Positions 1-10,600 of a stretch of DNA of 64,000 nt are shown piece by piece (within the stretch, counting starts at the first letter, position 1; every line of letters starts with the position of its first letter). The position numbers and the translations under genes were made by a program. A model generated the notes under the pieces. It had not been told where the DNA came from. It made no database searches and worked only from the letters and a program-made list of their open reading frames with translations. This DNA is from a virus (Duplodnaviria > Caudoviricetes), in the IMG/VR virus record IMGVR_UViG_3300014204_000141, positions 29,553-93,552 of that record; one strand, given 5' to 3'.

Positions 1-466
1 GATAACGGGGTTTTTGGATTCTAGTAAAGACGGTGTAACTATTGATACTTCACCTCTTCACTACGCCTATGATTCTAAAGGTATTGACCCTGAAGGATTT
101 AAGATTGTTGTTAATTATGGCGATCCATCCCGAAGTGTCAGAGGTGGTACAGCCGAGGTATTAAATGGTGTACATTTAACGTCTGTAAGTAAGGTTTTGG
201 AACCAACTGGTGAACCCATAGTTGAAGTTTATAGTTTTTTTGCTAATAATTGTAATAAAGTTAAACCGTTAGTTATGTCTGAACAGGTTAAAGGCGGGTT
301 ACAATTTATGGAAGCTCAAGTCAGTGCTGATGCCAATGCTGAAGTTGGTGATGCGATTGCTGAGGCGGCAGATATAAAGGACAAAGCTGATGCTGAAGCC
401 GCTCGACAGAGTATAATACAAGCAACAGATAAATTGGATGAAATGTTAGGACCAATATATAAATAG
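1..466 (+). CDS. Tail tube-like virion protein, 5'-truncated by window edge
   Basis: Frame is open from position 2. Pattern 'GFKIVVNYG...LNGVHLTSVSKVLEPTGEPIVEVYSFFA' resembles myophage tail-tube C-termini, and the gene lies directly upstream of chaperone/tape-measure-like genes. Confidence 0.5.
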   Translation, partial: ITGFLDSSKDGVTIDTSPLHYAYDSKGIDPEGFKIVVNYGDPSRSVRGGTAEVLNGVHLTSVSKVLEPTGEPIVEVYSFFANNCNKVKPLVMSEQVKGGLQFMEAQVSADANAEVGDAIAEAADIKDKADAEAARQSIIQATDKLDEMLGPIYK

Positions 467-474
467 GAGGAGTT

Positions 475-831
475 ATGACAGAGATGATTGTAGGGTCACA
501 AAGCACCAAGGAATGGATAGAGGATCAGAAGAAAGCATGGGGCGATGTTTATAAGGTTACTGAAGCCGGAGTTGATTACTTTTATAGATCTGTTTCTAGA
601 GCAGAGTATAAAGATATTAGACAGGAACTGGCAGTGTTAATGTCAGATAAAACCGATCCCAATGCCGATTTAGTAGCTGAGGAAAAGATAGTTAAAAAGT
701 GTTTGCTTGCTCCTACTGATATAGATGCGATATTTAAAAAAGCTGGAATTGTATCTTTACTTGCGGCTCATATTTTTGAGGTTTCGGGTTTTCTTCAACC
801 CAGTGAAGTCTCAGAACCGGAGAAATTGTGA
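475..831 (+). CDS. Tail assembly chaperone-like protein 1
   Basis: AGGAGGAG RBS. 'KKAWGDVYKV...YFYRSVSRAEY...EEKIVKKCLLAP...GIVSLLAAHIFEVSGF' pattern; sits between tube-like and tape-measure-like genes. Confidence 0.6.
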   Translation: MTEMIVGSQSTKEWIEDQKKAWGDVYKVTEAGVDYFYRSVSRAEYKDIRQELAVLMSDKTDPNADLVAEEKIVKKCLLAPTDIDAIFKKAGIVSLLAAHIFEVSGFLQPSEVSEPEKL

Positions 832-837
832 TTATGT

Positions 838-1473
838 ATGGATGCCGAAATCAAAAAATGGAAGGAACTATATAAAGATGTTTTTAAAATTACTATTAGA
901 GATGAAACATTTATATATAGAACGCTTAATGTTGGTGAGGCTATTAATGCGGTAAAAGCAATTCAACTCAATGATGGTAAAGGTTTGCAGGATGCAGCAC
1001 TCAAAGCAGTGTTGCATCCTCTTTCTTTTTCTTATGATGGGAATCCTTTTGCTGGAGATGTTTTAATTGAAAAAATTGTAGAGTCATCGCCTATTTGTAG
1101 TAGAGATGGGTGTAAGGAATTAATTAAACAATCACACATTAATGTTAATTCATTTTATCACGATATCATGCATTGGCAATTGGGTGTGATGATGGTTTTT
1201 CCTGGTTATACATTAGATGTTTTATCTAATATGAGACCGGATAAATTTTTTGAGTTATTAGTAGTGGCGGAAAAAGTCTCGGGGAAACCAATAATTAATT
1301 ATAATAAATTAGGAATGAATCAGAAAAATGTTGCTAATGCTAAGAAACGTGACCACACACCACAACATACAGAAACAAAACTACCAGAACATACAAAATT
1401 GACACATCAACAGATTATAGATGCTGCTATTAAAGCATCAGAAGACGATTTAAGACATCACATGCGAGAATAA
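838..1473 (+). CDS. Tail assembly chaperone-like protein 2 (paralogue of the previous gene)
   Basis: N-terminus 'IKKWKELYKDVFKITIRDETFIYRTLNVGE...KAVLHP' parallels 475..831. Confidence 0.55.
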   Translation: MDAEIKKWKELYKDVFKITIRDETFIYRTLNVGEAINAVKAIQLNDGKGLQDAALKAVLHPLSFSYDGNPFAGDVLIEKIVESSPICSRDGCKELIKQSHINVNSFYHDIMHWQLGVMMVFPGYTLDVLSNMRPDKFFELLVVAEKVSGKPIINYNKLGMNQKNVANAKKRDHTPQHTETKLPEHTKLTHQQIIDAAIKASEDDLRHHMRE

Positions 1474-1474
1474 A

Positions 1475-4400
1475 ATGGGAATAGCAGAACAATATACAGA
1501 TCCTTACGAACGACAAAAAGCAGACCAATATGGAGGCAAACCTCAGTCCGGTGTTGGTTCTGTTGTGGGTCCATTACTTAAAAACGTGGCGGTGTTTTGG
1601 ATAGCACAACAGGCGCTGAAAATTCTACTTCCTGCTGCTGGGAAGGTTTTAGGCGGTATTGGTAGAGAAGTTGGTGCTTTTAAATTAGGCGGAACGCCAA
1701 TAAGTGAAAGATTTGTACCGGCTGCAAATTATATAAAACAACTACGAACAACATTCTCTCCTGAAAATATGACCCGGACGTTTGGAAAGGGTGAGGGTGA
1801 TCAATTATTTAAATGGAAAACTGATGTTGAAAAGAGTCATACGGATTGGGTTAAGAATTGGGATAGACGTCGCGACGAATTAAAATCTTTTAGAGGTTCA
1901 CCGGATTATTTTTTTAAATCTTTAGAACAAAATTCTAAGGCATATTTAAGTTATAGTAGGGATCGCATTTCCAGTTTTTGGACTTCAGGTCATTTATCTC
2001 AACGTCTTGCTGGTAAGTTTTTAACAGCGGGCCCAAAATATATGGAGAATATGGCCGAATTCTATTTCATAGACCAATCTCTTCAATTATTTCATAAACA
2101 ACCCAGGGGCGAAAAGCAACCTTCACTGTTAAACATACCCAAACAATTTCAGAATTATTTTAAATATAGTATGGAAATGTTACCAATTCAATTGTTAATT
2201 GATTCAGTTGGTCCGGTTTGGGGTTTAGCCAGAGAAGGATTGGTAAGTGCGGGTTCGTCTATATTCAACAAATTAAAATTTAGTAAATACGCGCCTAAAA
2301 TAATCAAACCTGTAGATGAATTTGTAGGCAAACTAATAGCAACAGCAGAGGGATTGCATGAAGGTTATGGTTCATATAAAAAATTAATTAAAAAAAGAAG
2401 CGATTATGTTGATAAAGATTTTATACGAAAGAATATAGGAGAAGCTAGATCAGCTTTTCTTAAGAAATACAATGATAAAATACGCGATTTTAAAGATAGA
2501 CGTGAAAACCCTTTTTATGAAATCACCAATTTAATCAAAACCGTATATGGTTCAGAACATATTCAGGGTCTCCCTGTTAGAAGCAAACAAAAACTAAGAG
2601 ATAAAAAATCTGATGTTAGTAAAGAATATATACGGTCAAAAGTTGATATTATTAAAGAGGGTATGCTTTGGCCCTATAAAGACACACATAAAAGTTATTG
2701 GTTGCGCATGTTTTCTGCCAAAAAAGGTATTGCTGATAATGCCGACTTATTGAATAAACTTCAATCAGAAATAGGAGGTCTTAATCTTGGTGATAAATTT
2801 TTATCAGAAAAAAGACAAATACTTTCTGAAGTAAAAAAATTAGCCAAATCTGGTATGCCGGTTTTGGGAAAGAATTTTACCAATATTGGTGGTGATATTG
2901 TCAGCACGCACAATATAAATCCGTTTACTATTGGAAAACGGATATGGAATTATGCTGAAGAACACGGTCCAACTATTTTTGGTGTGAATCCTCTTACAGC
3001 TCTACATGTAGATACATGGCTTGATCCAAAAGCAACGAGTTTTGAGTACTTAAAAGGTGATAAGGATATTATAGGTATTAATGCCTTAAATACAGAACGT
3101 AATAAAGCTTTTACATCTGGTCTTCCAACGACTGGCAATAAAGGATATGGATATAATGTATCGGAAAGCGGAGAACTGATTTTTGGTGAAAGTGGTGGTT
3201 TGAAACTTGGTGGTCAGGTTTTTGTTGGAATTCAACCTAAAAAAGGCCAAATGAGTTATTTGCGCGTATATAAAAATCCTTATTTTAATAATACGGGAAC
3301 AGCGTCAGGTCCACGAAGTCTTCTTAGTGACGTGTTTAAAAATATGATGGGTTTGCTCAGTACCCGTTATTCTAATAATTCTGAAAATTTTATTAGACGC
3401 GTTGAAAGTCTTTCCACTCAAGATGCCATAGAAAGTCTAAGTAAAAGACCTGGTGTTGCTAAAGTTATTAATTTTCTTCACGCTGACAATTTGGTAAAGA
3501 AAATTGGTAGTGATTGGACACCTAAGAATATTATAAATTTTTGGGATTTGCGTGGTGCTATAGGAAACGTGCATCGCGTTGGTGAAATTGCTCAAGGCGT
3601 ATTTCAAAAATTTCATCAACCCAGCACAGATATTCAAGTTTCTCCTTATTTCTTTAGGGATATGATGGGTAGAGGCCGTCGCGGTGGTTTGTCGTTTTCA
3701 GAACAAAAAAGTTTATTAACTACTGCTGATACTATTCTTGCTACGTCCAATAGAGAGTTTAGTGAGATTTTAAAAGATAACTATACTTTGTCTCGTAATT
3801 TGTATGGTAAGGAATTACCGGGAACTCTTGAGGAAATGAATGTTGAACTAAAACGACTTCATGATTTTTCTGCTACAGCCGCAAAAGGTAATTTAATAGC
3901 GCAAGAATACAAAAGGACTGGCCTCGAACATATTTATCAGGGAATTCATACCACACATGATCTCTCACTTTTTTCTTCACCTGCGGGCCGCGCCAATGAA
4001 AAGCTAAGTGGTCGCGAACAACTAATGGAGTTGTTGTTGACTGAAAAATTTTTACAAAATGGGGAAAAAGATTTTGTAAAAACGTTTAATGATTCGGTTA
4101 AAACGCAAGTCAGAACTGGTGTTTTGAGTGAAGATGAAGCTGTTCATGCTCAATTATGGGGTGTGGAGAAAATTTTTAGAAATAAAACAGAGGGATATGG
4201 CGCGATAGGAATTGAGAGTCAAACTAAATTAGAACCCATAACCACGGATGCTATTAGATTTTTGAAGGATTATATTGAACCTATTAGTAAAGCTGGAATT
4301 AAAAATATAAATCCATGGACGCCTGTATTTGATCCTGGCAACATTTCGGGAACATCATTAATTGACACATCACCATCTCATCTATCTCTAACTCCATATG

Positions 4401-7400
4401 TAAATAGCGCTTTAACATTTAACTTCAAAGGAAAAAATGTTAATACGTCAGCAGTGGATACTATATCATCTGCTTTTGCTATGCGGTTTCAGCGGTTGAG
4501 CAGTTTTGTTTTGGGGTTGGATATAACTAAATATAAAACAGGTTTAAATTATTTAGTTGGCGGTGTGTTAAAGAATAGAATGATGCCTGCGGTTGTGGGG
4601 TTGTGGGGGTTGGATAAAATTAACACCTTTGGTTTTGATATGAATCCTCTTCTGTCCGGCTCTAGTCTGGACGAAGGTGTTGATGTATTTGCCGCAGAAA
4701 AAACAATACAAGCCCGTGTGGGGTTAGCTAAAGCATATGACGTCTTGGGAATAACAGAATCAGCTAAATACACAGAAGGTTTATTTCCAGGTCTTATTGA
4801 CAGTCCGTTAATGCGGGGTGTGCGCGGTGCATTGCTGCCATTGATTGGTGGTGCGAAAATTGGTATGTCCGCGGGTGGTCCTGCTGGTGGTTTGTTGGGT
4901 ATTAGCGTAGGGTTGACATTAGCAGGCCTTCAAGGGTTTGGCACGTTCGATTTAACCAAATCTGCGGCTGAATTGAAGGATATTTATAGTGGAAGAGAAG
5001 AGGTGCCGGTTAAAAGCGGAAGATGGTGGCCTATAAGCAGCACGCCATTTTCTGGCACGCGGATAAAATATTTCCGCCCACATGGCTTTGCTCGTTTAAA
5101 AAGTAAATACAGAGAAACACCAGAAACATACGGTTCGCCTTTAGAACAGTTTTTATTTGCGCCCATACCAGTTTTTGGTTTTAATCCCTTGGAGATGATA
5201 TTTGATAGCGGTCATTATGAGAAGAGGAAGATGTACAGTTTTCCATATCCAGCGCGATCCATTCCGTTTGAAGACGTACCTATAGCTGGTACTATTCTGT
5301 CAGCGGCAGTGAGTCCAATATGGGGTGGTGGCAAAGGATATAGAAATGTTGATGTTGAAAATGCTATTCAAGGCTCTTCCGGTGGTAGTGGATTTGGCAT
5401 ATCTCAAGGTGGTGGGGGTTGGGCTGAAACAGCGTCATCTTCATCATTAAAATTTCAACCCGTTTCTGCTAATTCTTATGGTCAGATGTTGGATCAAAGC
5501 ATTTATGGTGTTACGGAGATGATAGGTCTTCATGGTTTTATTGGTCAGACACTATCAGAAAAGTTGTTAGGATTTCAACAACCGTTTGATAGTCAATTAG
5601 TCATGGCCAATTCTGGTGAAATGTTTTCGGCGCGACGACAGTATTGGGATTTGAATTTAGGAGATCCCACGGGATTGGGTGAAATACCAAGACGATTCCT
5701 ACCCAGACAAAGAAATTTAAATCTTTATAATCCCCTGACTAATGCCGTACCGAATTGGATGCCCGATGAGTGGAAAGTGGGTAGTAGCCTTGCAAAAATA
5801 CCAGAAGCGGAATTTTTATTATCGGGTGAAGGATACCAGAGCGCTCACGATGTTTCTATAGACTTTCCCTATTCTGCGGAATTATTGGGTTTGCCACCCT
5901 CAGAAGTCGCAAGGGTTATGACGGGTTTGTATCAAAGAAACGGTTCTAAATTTTCTAAAAATAGTCTGTCTCGCGACAACCTTTCAATTAAAATAATGGC
6001 TAATATGTATGATCCCAGAAACAACATAAGTGGGTCGTCATCGTCAGTAATAAGTTCAGGTCCAGGCAAAATGACTGAAATTATAAAAAATATCGAAGAT
6101 ATGGGCCAATACAGTGGTGTGACTAACACCGACATATCCGAGACCAATTTTTATTTAAGACAGACGGGTTCTCCGGCTGGGCTACTGACTTATATGTATC
6201 AGGGCAAACCCATATCTTCAACACCTGTAAAATATTCACGAGAACGATATGAGTATGATATTGAAGCTGTTCAAAAAGGACGTTCTATAGCAAAAGAAAT
6301 GCTTGATCGAGGCGTTGGTTTTAGTGGTGAGGGTTATTCTTATATTGATAGGTTAGATATTTTGGCCAATACGTCACCATACAGTGAAGAATTTCATCAA
6401 GTTGAGGGTATAGTTAAAAAACAAATAGAACATGGAGCTGATCTTCAAGACCGATTAGATAAGATTCAGAGAAAACGTGCGGCGATTATGAGATCTGGGG
6501 ATACGTACTCATATCGTTTTAACATTGGTAAGATTTTAACACCAGATACAACATATAATAACACTAGCATGAACACTAATATTAAAGCTGCGGCTGATTA
6601 CACGTTTACAGAAAGAATGATGGCGAGCGGCTGGGAAATGTTCGCTCATAGTAGTAATCCTATATCCGCAAAATTCATGAACATTAGATCTCCATTAGAA
6701 GCATATCAAAGAGATATGATTTATGGTAGGCAGATGAAGATGTGGAATCACCCTCTTTCGCATTGGGCTGATGCATATAGTCGGGGTTTTTTAAGTAAAA
6801 CCAATCCTATTTCTGGAGCCGTAGCAGGTGCTACAGCAGGTACCATAGCTGGTGGTGCGGGGTTGGGTACATTTCTTGGCGGTGTTGGGGGTGGAATTTA
6901 CGGAACAGTTCATGGTATATACAGATCAGTAACAAACACAACATATATCCCCGAATCGATAGAGAAAATTAGAAATACCAATGAGTTTTTTGATGTTTTA
7001 AAATATACTAAAAATAAGATGTTATATAATGAGACTCAGAACCCCGAATATGAATTAGAAGCACAAAATACTATGGTGGGACTTACACCTGATGATCTCA
7101 CAGCAAAAGGATTTAGTAATTTTTTTAGAGCTTCTGGTAGTCAGGAACGGCCTTATTTAATGCAGTTTTTACAAGAAAAAGATGAGACTGAACGCGCGCG
7201 GATTCTCAATTATGTTCCTAAAAATGTAGGTGCTATATTAAGAGCAAAGTGGGGAAAGATGGATGGTGTGCAAGTTTATGTTAATAGAAGCGCCGATGTT
7301 ACTCTACCTGACCAAAACTGGCAGGGTTATAACGCAGACGTTAATCTTGAAGATGTTAAACTGAAAGTTGTTGAACGCCAGGGTGCGGACGCGCATGATT

Positions 7401-7636
7401 ATGGTTTGGGTTTTAAAGATCAGCAATTTAGAGTTCAAAATCAACCTTGGTTAAAAAATATAGCCATATCTATGGGGTCTAATGCTGAGACTAATCGGCA
7501 GACTGTATTACAAAGTGATAATACCGATTTAAGACGACAAATAGAGGAATTAGTTAGGTCGATGCGAGCTGATATAAAGTCAGTTTCTGTTACACCGGCG
7601 ATGCGCAATACAGTAACTATTATTAATACGGATTGA
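1475..7636 (+). CDS. Large tape-measure-like virion protein (2053 aa)
   Basis: Size, position after two chaperones, and two Gly-zipper hydrophobic segments (GGAKIGMSAGGPAGGLLGISVG; GAVAGATAGTIAGGAGLGTFLGGVGGG). Confidence 0.5.
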   Translation: MGIAEQYTDPYERQKADQYGGKPQSGVGSVVGPLLKNVAVFWIAQQALKILLPAAGKVLGGIGREVGAFKLGGTPISERFVPAANYIKQLRTTFSPENMTRTFGKGEGDQLFKWKTDVEKSHTDWVKNWDRRRDELKSFRGSPDYFFKSLEQNSKAYLSYSRDRISSFWTSGHLSQRLAGKFLTAGPKYMENMAEFYFIDQSLQLFHKQPRGEKQPSLLNIPKQFQNYFKYSMEMLPIQLLIDSVGPVWGLAREGLVSAGSSIFNKLKFSKYAPKIIKPVDEFVGKLIATAEGLHEGYGSYKKLIKKRSDYVDKDFIRKNIGEARSAFLKKYNDKIRDFKDRRENPFYEITNLIKTVYGSEHIQGLPVRSKQKLRDKKSDVSKEYIRSKVDIIKEGMLWPYKDTHKSYWLRMFSAKKGIADNADLLNKLQSEIGGLNLGDKFLSEKRQILSEVKKLAKSGMPVLGKNFTNIGGDIVSTHNINPFTIGKRIWNYAEEHGPTIFGVNPLTALHVDTWLDPKATSFEYLKGDKDIIGINALNTERNKAFTSGLPTTGNKGYGYNVSESGELIFGESGGLKLGGQVFVGIQPKKGQMSYLRVYKNPYFNNTGTASGPRSLLSDVFKNMMGLLSTRYSNNSENFIRRVESLSTQDAIESLSKRPGVAKVINFLHADNLVKKIGSDWTPKNIINFWDLRGAIGNVHRVGEIAQGVFQKFHQPSTDIQVSPYFFRDMMGRGRRGGLSFSEQKSLLTTADTILATSNREFSEILKDNYTLSRNLYGKELPGTLEEMNVELKRLHDFSATAAKGNLIAQEYKRTGLEHIYQGIHTTHDLSLFSSPAGRANEKLSGREQLMELLLTEKFLQNGEKDFVKTFNDSVKTQVRTGVLSEDEAVHAQLWGVEKIFRNKTEGYGAIGIESQTKLEPITTDAIRFLKDYIEPISKAGIKNINPWTPVFDPGNISGTSLIDTSPSHLSLTPYVNSALTFNFKGKNVNTSAVDTISSAFAMRFQRLSSFVLGLDITKYKTGLNYLVGGVLKNRMMPAVVGLWGLDKINTFGFDMNPLLSGSSLDEGVDVFAAEKTIQARVGLAKAYDVLGITESAKYTEGLFPGLIDSPLMRGVRGALLPLIGGAKIGMSAGGPAGGLLGISVGLTLAGLQGFGTFDLTKSAAELKDIYSGREEVPVKSGRWWPISSTPFSGTRIKYFRPHGFARLKSKYRETPETYGSPLEQFLFAPIPVFGFNPLEMIFDSGHYEKRKMYSFPYPARSIPFEDVPIAGTILSAAVSPIWGGGKGYRNVDVENAIQGSSGGSGFGISQGGGGWAETASSSSLKFQPVSANSYGQMLDQSIYGVTEMIGLHGFIGQTLSEKLLGFQQPFDSQLVMANSGEMFSARRQYWDLNLGDPTGLGEIPRRFLPRQRNLNLYNPLTNAVPNWMPDEWKVGSSLAKIPEAEFLLSGEGYQSAHDVSIDFPYSAELLGLPPSEVARVMTGLYQRNGSKFSKNSLSRDNLSIKIMANMYDPRNNISGSSSSVISSGPGKMTEIIKNIEDMGQYSGVTNTDISETNFYLRQTGSPAGLLTYMYQGKPISSTPVKYSRERYEYDIEAVQKGRSIAKEMLDRGVGFSGEGYSYIDRLDILANTSPYSEEFHQVEGIVKKQIEHGADLQDRLDKIQRKRAAIMRSGDTYSYRFNIGKILTPDTTYNNTSMNTNIKAAADYTFTERMMASGWEMFAHSSNPISAKFMNIRSPLEAYQRDMIYGRQMKMWNHPLSHWADAYSRGFLSKTNPISGAVAGATAGTIAGGAGLGTFLGGVGGGIYGTVHGIYRSVTNTTYIPESIEKIRNTNEFFDVLKYTKNKMLYNETQNPEYELEAQNTMVGLTPDDLTAKGFSNFFRASGSQERPYLMQFLQEKDETERARILNYVPKNVGAILRAKWGKMDGVQVYVNRSADVTLPDQNWQGYNADVNLEDVKLKVVERQGADAHDYGLGFKDQQFRVQNQPWLKNIAISMGSNAETNRQTVLQSDNTDLRRQIEELVRSMRADIKSVSVTPAMRNTVTIINTD

Positions 7637-7645
7637 GGTGATATT

Positions 7646-10600
7646 GTGTTTGGACATAAAGATCGTAGGGAAGAAAAATCAGACGTTGATTTTGCTGTGA
7701 CATGGATGAGTGTATTGCCGGCGTACTATGTTGCGTCACATTGGTTGAGAAAACGTAGTCCTACAAAGCAAACACCTACACTAAAAACGTTTTTTCCCGA
7801 GATTTACCAAAGAGTTGGCGAACGCATAAAAGGCGCATTTGTTCCTAAACGACTTCAGACTGCCATGACTGTTGATGATTGTTTTGATGCGCTGCAACGT
7901 TTTCAGGATGAAGCTAAAGATAAACACCTTATGGCTTTGGCGTCTGATCAAGAAAAAGCTATTAAAACAATTGAAAAATTTATTCAAGTCAGAGAAAAAA
8001 TAGGTGCGATAATTACACCACAAGAAATCAGAGACAGGTTAGCAAAATTACAGGAAACCAATCCCTTCGCATATGATAAGATTTGTGAAATTGCTTCATA
8101 TGATACACTCACACACGGGAAAGTTGAAATACGGGATGTTGTTAGTAAAATGGAAGGCCAAGGGTTAGATGTAATTACTAACAGTCTTTCTTCTATGACT
8201 TCGGATTTGAAGTTTCTTTTAGATTCTCTGCCTATGCGGTCTAAGTTGTATAATGATTATGTTAAGAAAAAAATTGATGATCCGTTACTGACATTTGATC
8301 AGTTTTTAAAAACAAATCCTGATGTTGAAGAAGTTAAAATCTTGAATTCGGAATTAGACAAAATAAAAAAAGATAAAGTGTTTTTTTCTAAACAACCAAT
8401 TACACCACCGAATTTTTTGCAGACGCCAATAAAAGACGCTAATGTTAAGAATAGAGTTCAACTTCGAGATTTTCTTGATGGTATGTTTAAAAATGTTAAT
8501 ACTTTTGTCGATGGTATGTATGGCAAAACAAGCAACTTTGCTTCTAAAATGGGGTTTAAGACGCATATTAAAACGCCTATTAATACAGTCGTCCAAAAAA
8601 TTAATTCTTTTCGCGCCGATACCGGTGGACGTGTTAAAGGAAAATGGCATGTTAAAGGCGATATAATGCTTAAACAAGGAAGTATTAAAACTTTAAGATA
8701 TACTGACGGATTTTCTATAAACTTTTCTATAGAATTTGCGGATAAATCCGGCGTATCTCGCAATATTGACATTGCCATTCCTTTAGACATAGACATGTAT
8801 GGAAGATATGGCGATAAAATGCATCCTGATATTCCCGGTGTTTTGGCGGATAAATGCATTATGATTGAAGAGAATTTAGAACGAATAGTTAATGGTCATA
8901 TATCACCATATGCGGCAGGATTAAAACAGATAACTGACACCACAATTATTGGTTCGATGATAAATAAAGATTTTCAAAAATTAATGGACAGATCCGTAGG
9001 TCAATTTATCGCGGTTTCGACACCAGAACGCCAAATTCGTTTCGCTGCACTTAAAGCCAATACTATGTATAAGACATTTGGCGAGCGTTTGAATCCAGGT
9101 ATAGAAGCTATAGCCAAAATCAACAATTCTACTGTTTTAAAATTTGTTAAGTCTTCACATAGTGGTATAGGTACAAGTATTGTCACTGTTGTGTCGGAGA
9201 AAGGTAAATGGCGAGTTGATAAAGTAGAAAAATACCAAGGCGGCGGCGCAAATATAGACCGGAATATAACTAAAGACACAATTTTTATTACCTCACGCGG
9301 TCAACGCGATATGTTTAAAATTAAAGAAATTTATGGTAAACAAATTGCCGCCGAAGGTAAGAATGTTATACACTTATCAGACATATCTAAAGCCGATCCC
9401 ACATCATCATTACTGAATATTGACAACACCATATCTTCGCCTTTGGATGCATATGTAGGTAAGACATCAAGACTAACTAAGTACATCAAAACACATTATA
9501 AAAAACAATCACAAATCATAGAAGATTTTATTCAAACTGCAAATATGGATATAACAGATTTTAAAATAACTACAATTCCTAAAGATGTGATGTCATTTAT
9601 TCTCTACACACAAGCTGCAGCGCAAGGTGTTTTTTCCGGGGCCAAAACTAAAACTGAAATAGTAGATATATTGGATGGTATAGTTATTAATAATAGATTT
9701 AGTGGTGAATCCGTTCATCTCAGTATTGGTGCAGTTACACCATCGGCTATGGGAAAGGGTGGACGAACATTTGAAGCAGTGCCAAATATTAATGTTTTAT
9801 TACCAAGATCGGGTCAGAAAGCTCATGCGTTGAAAATTAATAACTTTAATCCTTTATTTGGTCATCACGATTTTAATGTTTCTAATATAAAAAAAGGATT
9901 TAAACTTTCAACGCCATATTTAAGAGAATTAAAAGATATTAATGATATGTCAGTCTCGATAAATGTTGTGGCTGGTATTGGTGACACCGAGGCAAGTGCT
10001 ATTATTAATGATAAAATTCGCAATCTTCAAACACAAACACCAGTTTTGGGAACGCTTACAGTAGATAGGTTTTCACTTAATGTTGCTTCCGATATTAATG
10101 GTAATACTGAACTATTAAAAAATAGAATATTTAAACATGGTGATGTTATAGGTTATGATGCTGTGAATCGCCCGATAAAAAACGAATACGGTTTGATTCA
10201 AATAACTGATGCTAGGTCTGGCCCCGGTGGTATGGAATTATCGTTTCATGTCCTATCTTCACCATCTTATGGTCTCATAGTGGACACGGGTCAGAAATTA
10301 TCATTTAAAAGAGGTGAAATAGGGAACGAGTTTGTTGATATGGTGGCGGGAAAGGGTATACCAGCCAATAACCCCATCGCGCAGTCTCTGTCATTTCTTA
10401 ACACGTTGAATTTTCGTGGTGGCGGTGGTTATTTAAAAACCGCTATCGACAAAAAAGCAAATTTGCGGCGCTATATTCAATATGAACAAGCCGGCGGCGA
10501 GTTTGTTTTTAAAGTAAATGACAGGGAATTGCTTAAGACCGAATTAGGCGGAATTTCTCAAAATATGAATTTTGATCGTAAGTCATTTTTTCAGGAAATA

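Noticed and set aside
725-955. Alternative-frame ORF as a -1 frameshift extension of chaperone 1
   Set aside because: It ends early inside chaperone 2 and has no chaperone-like features; the two real ORFs are in the same frame.
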